Shown: positions 28,010-40,950 of the stretch, piece by piece
How positions within the stretch are numbered: position 1 is the stretch's first letter
Layout: each line of letters opens with the position of its first letter
The notes under the pieces: model-generated
Databases searched by the model: none
Seen by the model: only the letters and a program-made list of their open reading frames with translations
What the model was told of the DNA's origin: nothing
Source of the DNA: Octopus sinensis
Taxonomy: Eukaryota
Direction: 5' to 3'
NCBI RefSeq assembly: GCF_006345805.1
Contig: NC_043012.1
Location: 19,468,001 to 19,532,000 of the forward strand
Length of the DNA: 64,000 nt
Program-made: the position numbers and the translations under genes

Positions 28010-28268
28010 TAACGCTGGATAAGTACTACGGTGTCATCCGTTCACTAACAGTGAACAGGCAACACCCCTTATTTTTCGAGCACCATCCGGAGTATTCGAG
28101 CGGTTCCAAGCAGTGCTGTTTTCTGCAAGTACTCCACCCGTATTGCAAGCCCCTATTCGTCCATGTACTTTTACTCAATATTTTACTCACTGTTCCTAGG
28201 GCTCTGGCAATTATTAGTACTTCTAACACCTTTTTCATCGTCCAAAACAGCTTAACCTCCCAAGCTTT
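28010..28268 (-). mobile_element. R4/Dong-like LINE 3' end, second copy of subfamily 2
   Basis: IIARALGTVSKIL..LQKTALLGTARILRMVLEK. Aligns with 27560-27780. Confidence 0.75.
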
Positions 28269-28374
28269 TTATATTATTATTATTATTATTGTTATTATTA
28301 TTATTATATTATTATTATTATTATTACTATTATTATAATAATATTATTATTATTATCATCGTCATCATTATTAT

Positions 28375-28562
28375 TATTGCCTTTGCACAGCTTGTAACAC
28401 TGTAGATGTACTAAAGTGTCACCTGTTCACTACCAGTTAACTAAGGTAAGACGCCTCATTTTTCGAGCACCCACCGGAGTATTCGAGCTATTCCAAGCAG
28501 TGCTGCAAGTGCTCCACTCTTATTGCAGCCCCTATTTGTTCCACGTATTTCTCGAGATTTAG
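28375..28562 (-). mobile_element. R4/Dong-like LINE 3' end, third copy of subfamily 2
   Basis: ALLGIARILRWVLEK* plus the same 3' UTR (cctttgcacagctt) and (AAT)n. Confidence 0.7.
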
Positions 28563-28624
28563 AATACATAAAAGAAATATAATTTTTATTGTTATTATTA
28601 TCATTATTATTATTATTATTATTA

Positions 28625-28686
<62 letters not shown>

Positions 28687-29550
28687 GGAGAAAACTAATA
28701 ATCAGAGGAAAAAGAATCGTGTTTACGGTTATTTTGCTGAGTAGAAATGTAATAATTGAGTATTAATTACAAAATAGATTCTGAAAGCAAACACATACAC
28801 AGGCGACAGCTGCTAAACGGAGATATATATTAAGAATATTTTGTTTATGTATTTGATTATTTTCCGGATATTCATTATTACGCTAAATGCAATTATTATC
28901 GCTGTACATACCCTTCAATGAACAGAGATTTCCAAATTGCCAAATTAAGGAAATAAATGATCTATGCAAAAAAGATAAGGTGCTTACATTCTGAAATATA
29001 CAGAAGAAACAAAATAGTGTATATATCCCGAGAGAATTATTGCTTTAAATGAAATGCACATATGTGTGCACTTGTGTGTATGTATATACACAAAGACACA
29101 GATTTGTATACACATATATATTTGTGTGTGTGTGTATATGTGTATGGATGTTTACTGCGTAATTAATGTTTTGATTAATTTTATTGACTAACAACTATGT
29201 GCATTTAAATCGAGTATTATATTTGATATATACCACAATTTTGGAGAATTTTTATTCAGCATTCAATGAAAACATGATAGTTCCCTATCTTACATCAAAA
29301 TGTAAGATGTGTACACACACACGCACGCACAAACAATGTACAAGTTTATGGTTTTTCATTTATGCGTTTTCTATGTGCATATGTTACATAAGGAATCATT
29401 AACAACACTTGCGGAATATAATGAATTTAATATAATCTTTTTTCACATATATGTGTTTGTCAACGAGTCTACAAATAATTTTCTCTTCGGGCAGTCAAAA
29501 TGTTTAGGCACATACTTTTTGCATTATATCGATATATACTTACATACTGC

Positions 29551-29890
29551 TTCTCTTTCGCAGGCGAGTTTTATCAACAATTCTCGGGAACCACCATGGG
29601 AACTTGAATGCTCCCCAACTCTGCGAATCTGTTCGTTGATTATGTTGAGGTCCAAATATTCACACAGTTCGCGGGTTCAGTTCTTAAGCTATACGGTCAT
29701 TATATCGACAACTATATCAGCGCGACCTCACCCTCTCGTGAACATCGTGGCTCCTTCTTCTCCTCCGTCCAGTCCTTTCTTCCTGCCCTTTCTCCTGCAC
29801 TATCTCCAGCTACAACATCAATTTTCTTGATATTTCCATTAGCATACACCAATCCACGCTTATCAACTTCATCGACGACAAACATACAGC
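29551..29890 (+). pseudogene. PLE reverse transcriptase fragment (Neptune/Poseidon-like)
   Basis: FSFAGEFYQQFSGTTMGT*MLPNSANLFVDYVE..LYGHYIDNYI..SFLPAL..TISSYNINFLDISI: degenerate G..MG and RYIDD motifs. Confidence 0.75.
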
Positions 29891-30205
29891 AGCCGGGTGC
29901 CGTGACTGAGTATGGGCAAAAATAGCGCGAAATCCAGTCGGTCTAGCGATCCCTTCATCTGTTGGCGGATGGTATGGGTTCCCTCCCCTAATTGTAATAT
30001 ATACAGCGTGCAGGCTGCACCTCTTACCAGCTTGCAGAGGATCTGCTTGTGTCTAAATGAGTAGTAATATCAAACAGCCATATTAATGTGGTTATTAAGT
30101 TTATTTGTTTAAATGTGTTTGTGTGTGTGTATGTATGCATGTATGTATGTATGTATGTATGTATGTATGTATGTATGTATGTATGTATGTATGCATGTAT
30201 GTATA

Positions 30206-31702
30206 TCGGCTTCAGCCCGAGAACTGCTGTTATGCTGGAGTAACACAGTTTTCTTTACTACACTTTACCTAAACCTCCTGGTATGTGACATTTGGTGGAT
30301 GAGGGAGTTTGAAGTTGCAACCCTCTTCTGTATTTCTTTCCCCGCGATAAATTCATCTGATAGACCTGACAGAAAGAGATCCAGTTTCGTTTTGAAAAGG
30401 TCAATATTCACCTCATGCAGGTCTCTGAGGCCTTCTTTGAGGGTGATATTGAAGAGCTGGTGCATTGTCTGGTACTGTATTCCGACGGCAATGTTGGATT
30501 TTTTGTACTATGCAATGGCGCCTCGTCTTGCTCTTTGTGTAACTGAAAACGCCAAAGTTTGGTACAAGTTCGTCTAGCATTTTCCAGATGTATATTACTG
30601 TATATCTTTCCTGCATTCGTTCTAGGTAGTAGATTCTTAATTCTTTCAGTCTTTCCCAGGAAGTGATATGTCGCATTTAGCCGATCTACTTTGTATAGCT
30701 TTCCTGGATCGCCTCGTGTTTCGTGGTTAATTTTACAGTTTGCTGACTATAGTAGGGAGCAGTAATCTAGACGGTTGAGGACCAAAGTCCTCCAGGAGTC
30801 TGTCATAGTTTCCTTTTCGCTCGTTTTCAAAGTTTGTAGGATCCGTCCGTCCAAGCATTTACATTTTATTGCCAACTTGGTTAATATACTCCTGTCCATG
30901 TCCAGCTACGTAGTAATTTTGATTCAAGGATTGGAATCCGCCTGAGTCAGTATAACCTATGTGTGTTGCATCGAGCTTCATGTGTTGGTAGAGTAGGGCA
31001 TTGAATTTTTCAACAATAAGCTGCATACCATTTGCCTCAGCCCACCTGTATATTGCGTACGGTTCACGATGAAGATCCGCAACATCATGGTTCTGTATCC
31101 TCTGAGAGACATTTGTATTGTCTGCATTGCTAGCAATGGTGGCTACTTGAGCAGCTGTCAGGGTGGACCGCTATGAATAGCAGCGGCACCAAGTCAATGT
31201 CCTGCGGAACACCACTTATTATTCATGTTTCCCTGGAGGTGGCCCCGTTGGCCACCACTACCTATCTCGTAGAAAGTCATTTTCCATGTTTTCCAGTCAT
31301 GCCAAGATAACGCACGTTGTGCCAAATCATATCATGAACCACTTTGTCAAAGTCTTTTGCAAAGTTGAGAAATATCACGTCCAATTTTGAGTTGTTGAGC
31401 AGATGCTTTAGCACCTAGTTGTCATGCTGCCATAGCTGTGTCAGGCATCTTCTACCTAACCGAAACCCGTACTGGGTGTCAATCGGCAAGTCAATTCTCT
31501 TGAGTGAATGCAATTAATCTCCTTCAGAATATCCGTTCTGTGATTCTACTGATATGTGAGGTCGGGGAGAGAGGCCTATAGTTTTTAGCATTTCCTCTGC
31601 TTCTTTCTTCGCGGATAGGGTATATTATTCCCTCCTTTAATATGTCCGGGTACTTACTATTTGCTAAAAATATCTGAAAAAAAGGAGCTGCAATGGTTTT
31701 GC
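30206..31702 (-). mobile_element. CR1/L2-group LINE, 5'-truncated RT remnant with (CATA)n tail
   Basis: Minus frames: LKEGIIYPI, NYRPLSPTSH, LDVIFLNFAKDFDKVVH, SGVPQD, WERLKELRIYYLER, FKTKLDLFLSG. The 3' end abuts (TATG)n at 30130-30205. Confidence 0.85.
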
Positions 31703-32160
31703 ATAACTTGTAAAATGAGATGCAATGGTTTGCATGACTTGAGTAGAATGTTTTCTACACCTTGTGTACACCCGGTGAACAGCTATCATACGAACAGCTA
31801 TCATTCTAAATTATACTATATTAACGGGGACTGGAAGGTTTGGAATTTGATTCAAATTATTAAAGGGCATATAATATACACATTCAATTACATAACTTGT
31901 AAAAGGAGATGCAATATACACATTCAGTTGCATAACTTGTAAAAGGAGATGCAATATACACATCCAATTGCATAACTTGTAAAAGAAGATGCAATAGTTT
32001 GCATGACTTGAGTAGAATTTTTTCTACACATTGTATACACCCGGTGAACAGTTATCATACGAACAGCTATCATTCTAAATTATACTATATTAACGGGGAT
32101 TGGAAGGTTTGGAATTTGATTCAAATTATTAAAGGGCATATAATATACACATTCAATTGT
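31701..32160. repeat. ~190-bp direct duplication separated by ~40-bp minisatellite units
   Basis: 31701-31890 is near-identical to 31971-32160. Spacer units cataacttgtaaaaggagatgcaatatacacatt. Confidence 0.85.
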
Positions 32161-33831
32161 CATTTCCTTACACATTTTTATGACCATAGCGTGTCTGGTT
32201 TTTCGCAGCCTTTTATGGTGCTATATCATTCTTCTTTAGAATTGTCAACACTGCATATTGATATATAAAACTCTTTACGGAGTTAGACATTTCTTATAGA
32301 AAGAAAACAGTTTGCAGTCTAAAAACCGCACACGAATGCAATGCATTTTTTAAACGTACATTTTAATCTGTCCAGATTAAGAGGGAGAGAGAGAGAATGA
32401 GAGAGAGAGAGAGAGAGAGAGAGACGGAGGCAGGAAATAATTTCTTAGATACAAGTTATTACTTCACGGGCGAGTCTGCCTTACAAGAAAACTCTTCATG
32501 TAGTTATATGTAATATCTTCGCTACCAACATAATTCACAAGGCCTTTTCTGGTAACTTATTTCCAAGTGCAGAAAGACATGTCCAGGCCGATATTCCACA
32601 TTGTCCCATCCTCTCCGAGATAGGATGCTGCCATCTTATTGATGATCTGTATTCCTTCTTTTCACTACAGCAACCAAAAACAAGTATTTACATCGTACAA
32701 TGATGTATGCATACTAATGAATTACAATTTATCGAAACAATGACAATAATCTAGATTCTAGATTCTAATACGATGATAAAATTCCCAGTTCAATTTGAGT
32801 AATTTTTCAGCAAACTCCATCCATTTAGTGTGTGTAGATAAAATTAAATGAACACCGTATGAATGAATATCACATATGTAAAATTTATAATAAATGCCAA
32901 TATAACAGACAGGCTAACTGCATATTTGCAAACTCAATAGAAGCAATGCCATTGTATCATTCCTCTTGCGTTCTTCATTTAAAATAATAATGTTCAAGTA
33001 TAACATATACAATTGGATTGTCAATCTCTTTAGAGGGAAACATTATACTGAACGAAAAGTTATTTCAGTGTCTACGCTTATTTCAGTGTTTACGTAAGGA
33101 GTAATATTTAATGAACTATTGAAGAGGAGAAAGCATATGGACAAGGATGACATTTCCAACTTTATGGAGACTTAAGAAAAGACTAAAACTGCGAATACGC
33201 CTTTGTGAATTAGCAATATTAGTATTATTAAGAAACCTAAAATTTATGAGGTGAAATGACAGTTACAACAGCTTTCCGAATATATAAACCTACGGAAACA
33301 CACGCACACACACACACAAACACACACACTTGCACACTCACATGCACACACACACAAGCAAGCGGACATGCGCTCATACACACTCGTGCACGCACACACG
33401 TATTCAGACACACACAGACACGTGCACGCACACACACACACACACACACACGTATTGTAAAGAATAAATGTTTAAATGTTACGATATCCGATAAACGAAC
33501 AAAGAAATCCGTTATTCAACGAGAATCGGAGGATAAATGTTAAAACTATCATCGCCAAAACTAATCACTGTTAGTCCAGTGGCATTTCCTTAATGATATA
33601 CTATAACATGAGGAGCTTAATATTGCTGGATAAATGTCATCGAGAGATGCAAGTCGTATATTTAAAATTTAATATGAAGAAATGAAAAATCGTTCTCATT
33701 TCTTTTATTTTATTTTATTTTTATGAAATCACATCTAGAAAAGGTAAATGACAACATTCCTTTCAAAAATTTATTTTCTATTTTTAAAGGATATCGAAAA
33801 TGAAGATATTTACGATGATGGAACTGATATA

Positions 33832-34819
33832 TTGGGTTGTCCGGAAAGTTCGTGCCGATTATTAAATGAAACGAAAAGGTCAATTGATACTTGCCATTAC
33901 ATTTCTAATAAACGAAATATGAATCATTTTGTTGCACAATGCGTCTCTATCTTTCCTTTAACTTGAAAATACCCTCTTCCCAGTATTGAGATGGTTTTCA
34001 TGGCAAAGAATTCATCAAGGTATTTTTTTACGTCATCCAAAGAATTAAAATTTTTACCATTAAGACTATTCTGCAGAGACCCGAATAAGTGGAATCCGTA
34101 GGAGAAATATCTGGTGAATATCGAGGGTGGGGTAACACATTCCAGCTGAGCTGCAGTCATTTTTCTCTGGTTCCCAAAGAAAAGTGCGGTCTTGTATTAT
34201 CATGTTGGAAAACAACACTCTTCCTGTTGGCCAATTCTGGACGTTTCTCTTGAATTGCTGCTTTTAACTCTTCCAGTTGTGTGCAGTATTTCTCAGAATT
34301 AATTGTCTGGTTACTTGGGAGAAGCTCATAGTACAGAATTCCTTACCAATCTTACCAGACACAAAGCAAGAGCTTTTTAGAGTGAAGACCCGCTTTTGGG
34401 GTGGCTAAGAGTGGCTCATGTCGCTTACTCCGGGATCGCCTTCTCTGGATAATTTATTTCTCATCACTTGTCACAATTCGCTTTAAAAAAGGTGCGTTTT
34501 CATTCCGTTTATAAAGCGAATCACATATGGAAATGCAATCCAAAAGGTCCTTCTTACTCAACTCATGTGGTACCCAAACATCGTAGCGATTTGTGTACCC
34601 AAGCATTACCAGGTGCTCATGAACCACGGCTTTTGATAGCTTGAGGCTTTCTGCCAATTCTCAGGTTGTGCAATGTGGGTTATTCTCAATTAATGATTTG
34701 ATTTGGTCATCTGTACTGGATGGTTTGCTTGATCGCTATTCATCAATAAGGCTACAATCTCCAGCCTAAGTCGAATGGTAAGCTACTATAAATCAGCACG
34801 AACTTTTCGGACAACACAA
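33832..34819 (-). mobile_element. Mariner element, internally deleted and degenerate
   Basis: TIRs ttgggttgtccggaaagttcgtgccgatt / aatcagcacgaacttttcggacaacacaa, with TA on the left. Peptides YDVWVPHEL, FLKRIVTSDEK, FHLFGSLQNSLNGKNF. Confidence 0.9.
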
Positions 34820-35829
34820 AATTTACAATGTGGCGGGGGATTATAATATACAGTCATGATACGTATTGTTTAATAAGTCCATTTGGCAATAAACGTAGAC
34901 TTATTTCATACACACAATAGTATGCATATGGGTAATAATCATTAGTATTAGTTTATTAGTGTCTGATAGCAATTATGCTAAAATCATTTATGTATATAAT
35001 ACTTGTAGTAGAATATAGACGATTTTGTGTTGACCTGCATAAAATCGAACAGAGGCAACGAAATTAGGCAATAACTTTAATTAAGGTGGCTTTCTGTCAG
35101 TGGCTTGTAACTCTTTGTGCTTAGTGCCATTTGTTATATTATCAAAGAAGTATTTGGTATTCTGCATAATGTTATTAATAATATTACGTAGATTTTTTCT
35201 TCTTTCGCAAAGCATCGGAAAATTTTACATTTGGTGAGAGCAAAATACATCATGAGTATACTTTGGAAGTTCAATATGATGCCTGTATATTCCATTAAAT
35301 GGTGCACAAGTCATATTTCAGTTGTCTGTATTGGTTAATATCAAGAGAAACCAGCACTCTTTTCATGGAAATTATGTCTCGTTTCTGAAATATGCGAGAC
35401 TACTTCGACTGGAGAAATAGGAGAAGGGTGAGGAATACAATTGAATTACAAATCTGAGTAAAACGAATTGTTACTGGTTACTGCTTCTCTTCGATTGATT
35501 CAATTCTGTGGTTTACGGGAAGAAAAGAGGCAACACTTACATTTCGCCTGTTGCTATTGGAAGAGTAACGTCGGCATGCGGACAGAGGGAAAAGGCCAAC
35601 ATCACCACCACAACCACGAATAATAACTACACCAAAACACCACTAGGAGTGGCAACAGCAAAACGAATAACAACCACAATGACAACAACACAGTCAGCGA
35701 CAGCAATATCAATAACAACAATACACTTTTCGACAATGAAGGAATATGAGACCAAGTCATACACTAGCAGCAACAAACGCAACAACAACAATTACAGAGA
35801 GCTCCGACAACATATCCAATGTTTACGAT

Positions 35830-36640
35830 GCTAAAATGAACTCCACAGAGAGTTGGGGCAGTCCTTCGACAGTGATTTCGTTAATATGTTCTGGAAACGA
35901 CTGGTGAAGCCTAATCTTCTCATGTTACCTCCAGGCGAAAAAGATCAGATCACAAAAAGAACTGAGACGTGCCTTAATAAGAAAATTAGGTCGATCGTCA
36001 ATCCAACTCAAGCACAGGCAAAATGTCTGAAAGATATGTAAGGTTCAATTTGGCACCTGAGGAGAGCGAAAGATTTTAGATCTTTCGTTGCTGTATGCCA
36101 TAGCAAAGACGTAGCGAAAATGATGGCCCTGCACACTTGCCCCTCGGATGAACATATTTTCGTCCCATCTTAATTGAGGAGATGAATGAATAATGATATT
36201 TTTTTCAAATATTTCTCCGGACCTTAACAACCAGTTTTTCGGGATGATATTGGATGAGTATGGGGGTATCTTAAATTTGAAATCCACCCCGAAAGAAAAC
36301 TGTTCGGTGTTCAAATGGAAGTGGAAATTCTGTTGACTGCAGAACCCATCGTTAGGATCCCTGGCATAATTTTCCTGGAAGGTGTAGAGACCATAAATGT
36401 TGTGGTTGAAGACAGATGGCAACGAATGGTTGAAGACGGAAGAGCAACGAATGAAAACTTTACTGTCCCCCATCTAAGAAACTGAAACGACTCTTGTTGA
36501 CAACTACAGATCTGCTTTTTGTTCAACTCTGTGAGATCAGGACACCTCATCGACGGTTTCAATTTTAAATTGAAAGGGAACGTAAGACTGAGAAATCCGT
36601 GTTGTTCTCTAGGACAGCAACATTTTATTGATATGTACGT
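35830..36640 (+). pseudogene. Decayed coding-like TE segment, possibly LINE ORF1
   Basis: Non-repetitive peptides (ELGQSFDSDFVNMFWKRL; VWGYLKFEIHPERKLFGVQMEVEILLTAEPIVRIPGIIFLEGVETINVVVE) broken by stops. No diagnostic motif. Confidence 0.3.
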
Positions 36641-36909
36641 GTAAGTTTTGAAGACATGTCAGAGGAATTGGAGAGAACACTTGCCGCTGGTAGTCAGAGA
36701 GACCTTGGAAGGTGGGGCTCATTGGTTATTCCGAGAGTTCTTCCTGTGTCAGAAAGATAACATCATAATCATCCCAATTTTTTTCTTTGCTTATTCTTTC
36801 TGTCTTTATATATTTTGTACACTATATATGATTCTTCCATTCTTTGTTTTATTGAATGCTGTGTCTACGTTCCGTGTCTCTCACTCTCTTTCTCATCTTC
36901 ATTCTTTCA

Positions 36910-36947
<38 letters not shown>

Positions 36948-37048
36948 AAACACATATATATATATATATATGTGAGTGCATGTATGTATGTATGTATATA
37001 TATATATATATCTATATATATACATATGTATATATATATATATGTATG

Positions 37049-37084
<36 letters not shown>

Positions 37085-37085
37085 C

Positions 37086-37159
<74 letters not shown>

Positions 37160-37239
37160 ATATATAACGACTACGCTCACGGTCATATGGCATAGTGGTT
37201 AAAACCGTGGGTTACTAATCACAACATTCTGAGTGTCTG

Positions 37240-37287
<48 letters not shown>

Positions 37288-37350
37288 CAACAACAGCAAC
37301 ATGGGAAAAAAACCTTAGGAATGAGAACCCATGCTTGAAATTTCCCCAAG

Positions 37351-37394
37351 GCACCTGATGAAGGCTGGAGGGTATATCAGCCGAAACGTTGTGT
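37351..37394 (+). ncRNA. Minimal type I hammerhead (loopless palindromic stem III)
   Basis: gcac CTGATGA a-ggctg-gagggtatat-cagcc GAAA CG TT gtgt. Stem I gcac/gtgt, stem II ggctg/cagcc. Confidence 0.6.
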
Positions 37395-37492
37395 TAACAA
37401 CAAACAATATGAGGACAAATATTCGTCACTTGTAAATAATGTAAATAATGTATACCTGTTTAGGTAGAAGTCTTGCTAGCCACCTCCTTATT

Positions 37493-37536
<44 letters not shown>

Positions 37537-37954
37537 TATATATAGTTTTATTTTGTTTTTTGTATCTCATTCCTTTATATGTAAACAAAATATATTGTAA
37601 GTTTCTTTGTAGTCCGCCATATTCTTCACCCAGGTATTAAATAGAAGAAATCAGCATCCCTCTCCTCCATTTCCTCCTGCTCCTCCTCACCTTCATCACT
37701 ATTATCATGCTACTACTACTGTTATTAACATTATCCTCCACTTTCAATTTCGTTTTCTCTCGTTGCCGGGTGACTTCGCGACACTTAGGACAAAGAAATC
37801 CGCTGTGTGCATTGGGAGGCCATTGAAGTAAAGATACCACATTGTTCACTTACAAAGTCATCTGATATAAAGAACGAAAAAAAAGACAGTGAAAGGAAAA
37901 TGAAAAAGATATGAAGAGAATGAAATGAAATGAGGTAAAACGGAACGAAAATTC

Positions 37955-38165
37955 ACAGAAGCAATACCTTTATCAATATGTGTAACGTACCATATAAGGT
38001 AATCTTTTGCACTTCCTTCATGGATGGTAAGCCAGGAATCAGCCTCAAATAATGTTCAGTTGCTGTTTTGAGCATTTCAAATGCTCCAATAATCACTGGC
38101 ATTGTAGCCATCAGAAGATGCCTAATCTTTTCTATTTCAATCAGAAAATCTTTATATTTTCATTT
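37955..38165 (-). mobile_element. R4/Dong-like LINE C-terminal fragment
   Basis: Minus frame KYKDFLIEIEKIRHLLMATMPVIIGAFEMLK..IPGLPSMKEVQKITLYGTLHILIKVL, homologous to the 26979-27385 product. Confidence 0.7.
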
Positions 38166-38188
38166 CCGTTATCATTATTATTATTATT

Positions 38189-38746
38189 GAGTGAGAGAGC
38201 AGTGCATGCCATCAAAGTGACACTGGGGTAAAATATACGAAGCCCAGTATACCCATCATGACTATCCGTCTTATAAAGGTACATCAGGCACCTGCATTAC
38301 AGCCATATGTGCACGACATGGTGATCTCATATCAAGATAAACAGCGCATGGCCTTGCAAGTGGGGCCCAGTTAGAATTTTCTTCTGGTCGAGTAGCCCAT
38401 CCCGCTCAAAAGGTCCCTGAATAAGGATGTTTTAAGGATGTTGAATGAACCACCCATTTTTCCAAAGGTGAATTATCCAAACCTCTAAGAATTCCTTTCA
38501 ACACACGGCTATGATGCTCCCTCCCCCACTACTTCTGCTTGTGGTCAGAGATGCACATATCGTCAGCCACTGAGTGACATGCTCAACTGGTTAAAGTCAA
38601 ACAACTGACAAGCAAATATTTGCTATTGAGCAGAATATTTGCTGTAGCCCATCTTTTATACCAAGACAAAACAATGTACATGATAACACTTCCAATCAGT
38701 TAAGATCAAAAGCCATGAGAGCCAATGCCTAGTACTGCAGCAGACC

Positions 38747-38748
<2 letters not shown>
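38189..38748. repeat. ~560-bp non-coding element bounded by (TTA)n on both sides
   Basis: GC-richer block with sharp edges at TTA arrays. No ORF or TIR seen. Confidence 0.5.
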
Positions 38749-38822
<74 letters not shown>

Positions 38823-39331
38823 TTCTTGTTATTATTGTTGTTGTTGTTATCTTCATCATTGAAATGTTGAGATGGCAGAAAAGGTTGAACCCTCAGTAAA
38901 ATTCTTAGCGGTGTTTCTTTCAGCTATTTATAAATTCAAATCTCGCAACGAAAAATTTCTTGTTCATCGGCTCGGGACAAAGATACAATGCCATTTGAGC
39001 AGTGTGGTCGATGTTGTTGATTATATCGTCCCTTAAAATTGCTGGACTAGTTCCAACATTACAAAGATTTACATGTCTGATTAAGTATTGTGAGGAGTAG
39101 CGTGCCTTCTTGACGTTTCTGTAACGTCCAAATTTCGAAACACCGCGAGGTCGACTTGAATTCCAATATTTCCGTAGCAGATATATAAACAACAATTTAT
39201 TGGGATTAATTCAATTCACAACATAGAAATCAGAACACGTACGTGAACCGACAAAAAGTGGGAAATCAATATTATTCCTAGCAGCATTATTGTTGTTGAT
39301 ATGTACATGTATATATATCTATATCTATATC

Positions 39332-39362
<31 letters not shown>

Positions 39363-39364
39363 CA

Positions 39365-39396
<32 letters not shown>

Positions 39397-39444
39397 AAAC
39401 CACTTAGTGGCTTTCCCTCAGTGTATAACTCTTATATACACATA

Positions 39445-39513
<69 letters not shown>

Positions 39514-39849
39514 ATTGTATGTATATCATACATGAATACACATACACGCTTTCACACAAATGTGAGGGTAGGTATGTGTGTAGTTAATTGAATGTGTGCT
39601 CTTGTAAGTGATGCTCATTGTTACAGAGGATACATTAGTATTCAATGAAATAACAACTGATTCGGGGAACATTTTCACAAATGTCATCTCATCAATTGAT
39701 GTTAACGTGCAGAATATAAAGAACAGTGAAGTATTTATTATAGATGGTGATGTTCACAAGATTAATAATTGGTATAGGAGTATTATAAGAAAAATGTGAT
39801 ATAATTAAAATAAAACTATACTGAATAATAACACTATAAAAGAAAGAAA

Positions 39850-40950
39850 ATGTAAAGGACTACGAAAGATATCAGCCTTCCTATTTATTGAACAAGATCC
39901 GGGTCAAGTTAAACATGGTAGATCTGCTGAGCATTCCACGCTTACCTTTATATTAAGTTTTGCTCTTTCAGGAAATATTGTGAAAATTTAACAATTCCGA
40001 TCATGTAGTCCTGTATACACTATTCTCCCCACCCCACCAAATCGTTCTAATTACGTCTGAAATTTCCATCATAAGTATTTGTTTAGTAAAACAGTAATCC
40101 TTCTAATTCTCAGTAAACTGTTTCATGTCACATAATAATTAGAGATTTCTGAATATTAGAATGTTTACTACCCCAAATGCAGTACTGTAATTAGCTTTTG
40201 ACCAATGATTTTTCCCATTAGAAAAATAAATACCGTTACACAATATATAGTTGTACCAGATATCTTTTACGCTTCCAAAGGAATGAATTACCAATGGCAT
40301 ATATTTTGAATTGAAAACTTTACGGCATTTGCAATGTTGATATTTCTGAAATTGTAATTATCAAATTTTGAAATATGCTGATTTCTCTGATTTCTTCTGA
40401 ATATTCTAATACTAGATTCTGCAAAATTTTGCAATGAACGTATTTTCCTCATGTTTGTAAATGTACGTATCTAACTGTTTTTGAAAATTGGAATGATTTT
40501 AGGTTATTACAAAGCAATATGATATCCATAACCATAAACATATTAATCGTCACAAGATCGTCAGAACTTAGAAAATTCATTCAACATAACGCAAGCAAAT
40601 TTTTTCGCTTCGCTGAGGTAAATAGCATCAGAATCATAACAGATGCAGTGAATTTTCGTGTGAAGTATGAGGTAAGTTCAGTGAATATAACATTATAAAG
40701 GAAAAGATGAATCAGAAGTTATTCACTTGTGGTATTCACTTGTAAAATCCAGAAGCATGACTGCCCCTTATGCATTGAGGGGTACGATTACTTTTATAAA
40801 AAATAGCCTGTTTAATGGAAGATATTTGCACTGATGGAAATAAAATTGTGAGTTGTACAAGTAAAATCGATAGCTATTACAAGATCATTCCATGGAATTC
40901 ATTAGACCTCATCTTTTGTCTCTGCTTGGCTTCTTTAAATTATAATCTAA
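39850..40950 (-). pseudogene. Highly decayed LINE-type RT remnant
   Basis: Minus frame PKIIPIFKNS*IRTFTNMRKIRSLQNFAE resembles I.PIFK.G....NYRPISLL..F. Many stops. Confidence 0.4.
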
